This document shows positions 60,146 through 64,000 of a stretch of 64,000 bases of DNA, one piece after another; within the stretch, counting starts at the first letter, position 1, and each line of letters starts with the position of its first letter. The DNA lies in the NCBI GenBank assembly GCA_947468275.1, contig CANIKO010000010.1:13114-77113 (forward strand), in the 5' to 3' direction. The position numbers and the translations under genes were made by a program. The notes under the pieces are model-generated. The model was not told the DNA's origin and ran no database searches. It saw only the letters and a list, made by a program, of their open reading frames with translations. The DNA is from Bacteroidota bacterium. GTDB taxonomy: Bacteria > Bacteroidota > Bacteroidia > NS11-12g > UBA9320.

Positions 60146-61111
60146 TTAATACAACTTCTTAATAATATCATTGATGCTGATTCCTTCAGCTTCAGCTTTG
60201 TAGTTTTTTAATACCCTGTGACGCAATACCGATTCGGCTACTGCCTGCACGTTTTCAATGTCCGGTGAATATTTTCCTTGAATAAGGGCATTACATTTTG
60301 CGCCCATTATAAGGTATTGGCTGGCACGAGGCCCTGCGCCATAGCTCACGTATTTATTTACTTCGGCAGTTGCCATGGGGTAACCCGGGCGGGTTTTGCT
60401 CACCAGTTTCACAGCATATTCATACACATTATCAGCCACCGGCACTTTACGTATCAAATCCTGAAAGTATAAAATTTCGGCAGCACCAAATACTTTTGTA
60501 GGGGTGGTGGTGACATTGGTTGTTGTATTTTTTACCACCTTTATTTCCTCTTCAAAACTTGGATAGTCTAAAAAAAGATTGAACATAAAACGGTCTAATT
60601 GAGCCTCCGGCAAAGGATAGGTTCCTTCCTGCTCAATAGGATTTTGAGTAGCCAATACAAAAAATGGATTGGGCAATATATGATTGGTTCCTCCCACGGT
60701 TACGGTTTTTTCTTGCATGGCTTCTAACAAAGCTGCTTGAGTTTTGGGAGGGGTACGGTTTATTTCATCGGCCAAAATTATATTGGCAAACAATGGCCCT
60801 TTTGAAAAACGGAAATTCTTTTGGTCGTCTAAAATTTCGGAGCCTGTAATATCACCGGGCATAAGGTCGGGAGTGAATTGTATTCGGTTAAAACTTAAAT
60901 CCAGAGATTCGGAAATGGTTTTTACCAATAAGGTTTTTGCCAATCCGGGCACTCCTACTAATAAACTATGACCTTTGCAAAAAATAGAAGTTAGCACCCC
61001 ATCCACCACTTCATCCTGCCCCACAATTACTCGTGCTATTTCTTTTTTTAAGTTTTTAACTTGTTCTTTAAAAGCTTCGGCAGCTTCTACTTCATTTTTA
61101 TATTCTTGCAT
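60146..61111 (-). CDS. MoxR-family AAA+ ATPase
   Basis: 321 aa; Walker A GVPGLAKT, typical MoxR length and VIVGQDEVV motif. Confidence 0.85.
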   Translation of the reverse strand: MQEYKNEVEAAEAFKEQVKNLKKEIARVIVGQDEVVDGVLTSIFCKGHSLLVGVPGLAKTLLVKTISESLDLSFNRIQFTPDLMPGDITGSEILDDQKNFRFSKGPLFANIILADEINRTPPKTQAALLEAMQEKTVTVGGTNHILPNPFFVLATQNPIEQEGTYPLPEAQLDRFMFNLFLDYPSFEEEIKVVKNTTTNVTTTPTKVFGAAEILYFQDLIRKVPVADNVYEYAVKLVSKTRPGYPMATAEVNKYVSYGAGPRASQYLIMGAKCNALIQGKYSPDIENVQAVAESVLRHRVLKNYKAEAEGISINDIIKKLY

Positions 61112-61129
61112 TCTTTTACAAATATGTCT

Positions 61130-62500
61130 TTAATCGTTTGTTTTCCATCGATTCATTTCCTTACAATTGGTATAGCTAGGTTCAATGCGGATGTAAACGG
61201 TTTTTTTAAATTTTGCAGCCCAATCTTCCATCGCTTTTTGTTTCTTTTGTTCCAAAGCAAAAGCTTGAATTTTTTGATAATCATCTTTCATATTGGCACG
61301 GTGAGGTTTCATTTCCGACTTAAGATATAAAATACGATAGGCCGAAGAACCGTCCTGAGCCTGAATAGGGGTGGGCTTTGAAAAATCTCCCGGCTTCATT
61401 TTTTGTATTTGTAAAACTACATCTTGGTCCAATAATTCAATTTCTACTTTATTTGAACCTACATTAGGATCGGAAAAAAAACCGCAATTGGATTTGGTAA
61501 GTTCGTCTTCACTGTATTTTCCGGCAGCCTTACAAAAGGTTAATGAATCGGCCTTTATTTTAACAATTAAATTTTTTAAAAATGTTTCTGTTTCGGCTAG
61601 GTCGCGGGTAATAATAGTGGGTTTAATAAGAATATGGCGAATGTTTATTTTTTCTCCTTTTCGATCAATTAATTTAAGAATATGGTATCCAAATTGAGTT
61701 TCGACAATGGAAGAAATAGAGTCGGGTTTTAGTTTAAAAGCCATGGTTTCGAAGGCTGGTACCATATCTCCTCGTTTAAAATAACCTAGTTCACCACCGT
61801 TCAATGCTGAACCTTTATCATCACTAAAAATTTTAGCAGTGAGTTCAAAATTTCGTTTTCCCGCTATTATTTCTTCTCTGTACTTTTTTAAAGTATTATA
61901 AGCGTATTCTTTGGCATATTGATTGGCCTTGGGAATCATAACAATTTGCCCCAATTCAACTGTTGCCCCAAAAAGCGGCAAACTGTCATAAGGTATTTCA
62001 TCAAAATATTTTTTTACTTCTGTTGGGGTAACTTTTACCGCATCCATCATTTTTTTTTGCACTTCCTGCACTTGCATTTGCTGCATAATGCGGGGTTTCA
62101 TTTCTTCTTTATATTGAAGGATGGTTTTTCCCAAATATTCTTCCAGCCGCTTTTCATCACCAATTTGAGAAACAAAATATCTTATTTTTCGGTCCATCTC
62201 ATAGCTTATCTGCTCATCTGTTATTATAACACTGTCCAATTCGGCTTTGTGAAGCATTAGTTTTTGCAATATAAGTTGGTTTAGAATTTCACATTTCAAA
62301 TTGCCTTTGTAATTTGTGTATTGATCTTTAACCTGAAGAAATTCAGCTTCCCATTCTGATTTTAAGATAATATTATCTCCAATAAGTGCTACTACTTCTT
62401 CCAAAATTTGTTTGGGTTGTGCAAATGCTGATGTAAAAGATAACATTACCATCAACAGGAACAAAGCTCCCCATTTTTTAAAGGATTTAAGTTTACTCAT
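61130..62500 (-). CDS. surA: Peptidyl-prolyl cis-trans isomerase SurA-like (SurA N-domain + PpiC parvulin domain)
   Basis: Signal peptide; parvulin-like GGELGYFKRGDMVPAFE... region. Confidence 0.75.
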   Translation of the reverse strand: MSKLKSFKKWGALFLLMVMLSFTSAFAQPKQILEEVVALIGDNIILKSEWEAEFLQVKDQYTNYKGNLKCEILNQLILQKLMLHKAELDSVIITDEQISYEMDRKIRYFVSQIGDEKRLEEYLGKTILQYKEEMKPRIMQQMQVQEVQKKMMDAVKVTPTEVKKYFDEIPYDSLPLFGATVELGQIVMIPKANQYAKEYAYNTLKKYREEIIAGKRNFELTAKIFSDDKGSALNGGELGYFKRGDMVPAFETMAFKLKPDSISSIVETQFGYHILKLIDRKGEKINIRHILIKPTIITRDLAETETFLKNLIVKIKADSLTFCKAAGKYSEDELTKSNCGFFSDPNVGSNKVEIELLDQDVVLQIQKMKPGDFSKPTPIQAQDGSSAYRILYLKSEMKPHRANMKDDYQKIQAFALEQKKQKAMEDWAAKFKKTVYIRIEPSYTNCKEMNRWKTND

Positions 62501-63386
62501 ATTGCGGTAAATTAATTTTGATTTTATTGTCTTTCAATGCCTTTTTCACTAATTGGTTTTCCAATTTTTCCATCAATTTTACTTTGCGTTTATTCAATAA
62601 TATCTGGTTTATGTTTTCTTCTACAAATTCAAACGGCGAAATATTGTCTTTAATTCTGAAATTTAAAATATTAATGTACCATACAAATTTTGCTTCTTCA
62701 ATTTTAAATACGCGGTTGTTATTAATAAAACTTTCCTGGTTATAAGTATTAATAGGAACCACCTTTAAAATATCATCAAATGCTAACCATTTATCTTTTT
62801 CAAGAAATGCGTTTCCCCCATTTTTTAAAGCAATGATAGCCATTTTGGTAATAGCCTCGTCATTAGCATTACTAAATTTGCTCCAAAATTTGTATTTATT
62901 TTCTAAATCTAATGGCATTTTAATAAATACGAATTGAATGATGTTTTGTTTCAATTCAAAATTTTCGGGGTATTGTTCATAATAGGCTTTAGTTTCGCCA
63001 AGCGTAATGTTGGTATCTAATTTTTCAGCCAATTTTTTTTTGAGAAACTCAAATGTAATAAGGTCTTGCCTGTAATTTTCTACTTTTTCATTGATCTCAT
63101 CGCTATTGCCCATGTCGCTATTTTGAGCATTGTTTAAAATCACCTGTTTTTGAATCCAATTGTCAATAAATTCCTTAATAAAGAAGAAGCTATCTTGGCG
63201 GTTCATATTTGGACCCAGCATCGATTCGATTTCAGCCATATGAAGCGTTTCGTCAAATGCCGTAGCAACTATATTTTGGCCTGTTTCCTGTTGTTTATTG
63301 CCTTGGCATGAGCTTATTGAAAAAACCAACCCTATTGCTGTGATAAAGCATGAATATATTAAATATAAGGAGGTTTTTGGGATCAA
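62493..63386 (-). CDS. SurA-N-domain-like periplasmic chaperone lipoprotein (hypothetical)
   Basis: Lipobox ISSCQG; 8-bp overlap with surA; operon context with PPIases. Confidence 0.45.
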   Translation of the reverse strand: MIPKTSLYLIYSCFITAIGLVFSISSCQGNKQQETGQNIVATAFDETLHMAEIESMLGPNMNRQDSFFFIKEFIDNWIQKQVILNNAQNSDMGNSDEINEKVENYRQDLITFEFLKKKLAEKLDTNITLGETKAYYEQYPENFELKQNIIQFVFIKMPLDLENKYKFWSKFSNANDEAITKMAIIALKNGGNAFLEKDKWLAFDDILKVVPINTYNQESFINNNRVFKIEEAKFVWYINILNFRIKDNISPFEFVEENINQILLNKRKVKLMEKLENQLVKKALKDNKIKINLPQYE

Positions 63387-63391
63387 AGATT

Positions 63392-64000
63392 TTACTTAAA
63401 CAACCTATTTACACCGTCAGTATTTATAGCCACGGGGTATTTGCCTTTTAATTCTTTTATCCAGTTTTCTTCTAAATAGGCTTGATAATCAGAAGTTGCC
63501 ACTCCCATAATTTCACTAAGTTCCTTTGGGGTAGGCTGCATAACTTCATATATTTTCACGAAGCTTTGTTTTTTTCCGTTAGGAGGTAAGTCGGTAATTC
63601 CTTCTTCCCAAACCAATTTGTCTACGATTTCGTTTTGTCCTTTTTCGTACTTTCCTCGTGTAATGGTAACTGCTAATGGATCTTTGGCATTTATTTTTTT
63701 ATAAATAAGTGTGTCAGGTAAATTTTTCTTTATGAGTTTTTTAACTGCCTTGGCAACCTTAGCGTCAGCACAATCAAATACTGCTGCATTTGCTCTGGTT
63801 CCCCACATATATTTAGTTTTGTTTGATTCGTAGTAACCCTTAAGTCCAATGGTATCTTCTACCGATTTGCTCCAAACCATCTTGTCGGTTAGTTCAAATA
63901 ATAAAATTCCATCTCGGTATTCTTTCATTAGATTTTTAAAGTCGGCATATTTTTCTTCTAAATGATCTTCTTCGTAAGCAAAGTTCATTTTTTCAACATA
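63392..64000 (-). CDS. Peptidyl-prolyl isomerase/chaperone family protein, C-terminal part (N-terminus likely beyond window end)
   Basis: ORF runs to window edge without credible start context; PPIase-operon context. Confidence 0.4.
   Translation of the reverse strand, partial: YVEKMNFAYEEDHLEEKYADFKNLMKEYRDGILLFELTDKMVWSKSVEDTIGLKGYYESNKTKYMWGTRANAAVFDCADAKVAKAVKKLIKKNLPDTLIYKKINAKDPLAVTITRGKYEKGQNEIVDKLVWEEGITDLPPNGKKQSFVKIYEVMQPTPKELSEIMGVATSDYQAYLEENWIKELKGKYPVAINTDGVNRLFK

Noticed and set aside
1-64000. CRISPR arrays, transposases and phage integrases
   Set aside because: No regularly spaced short repeats, no DDE or IS-like ORFs, and no integrase beyond the housekeeping XerD-like recombinase. 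The island's mobility signatures are target duplications only.

Overview
AT-rich Bacteroidota-type chromosomal segment, Flavobacteriia/Sphingobacteriia-like. Evidence for the phylum: many proteins end in T9SS type A (…KFIKL) or type B (gliding-motility CHU_C) C-terminal sorting domains, metH is split in the Flavobacteria manner, and the small Bacteroidetes-specific 54875..55450 family is present. Housekeeping genes: mnmG (partial), ybeY, rluB, xerD, lhgO, split metH, tRNA-Phe, aroQ, prolyl oligopeptidase, dusB, purM, thiL, comF, nfu, moxR, surA. Among them sit at least seven T9SS cargo genes, an ECF sigma/anti-sigma/cargo operon, a PorE-like OmpA protein and a UvrD-helicase/Fe-S nuclease fusion. 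Two loci stand out. (1) A ~4.7 kb mosaic accessory island (12745-17428) is wedged into the divergent promoter region between aroQ and an OstA-like gene. It carries internal duplicates of both flanking genes' 5' ends and a hicBA toxin-antitoxin pair. It also has an XRE regulator and a twice-repeated ~115-bp leader element with a perfect 16-bp palindrome; each leader copy heads a secreted-protein operon. One operon pairs a Cys-rich secreted protein with a DUF4369/TlpA-like thiol-disulfide oxidoreductase. (2) A T9SS-secreted putative SxSxG alpha/beta-hydrolase (55463-58492) is followed by a tandem array of lipoprotein genes. Each is preceded by a copy of the cargo gene's 3' (CTD-encoding) end. 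This looks like an effector/immunity arrangement that, as far as I know, is undescribed for T9SS. All calls come from reading the sequence; no database searches were run.
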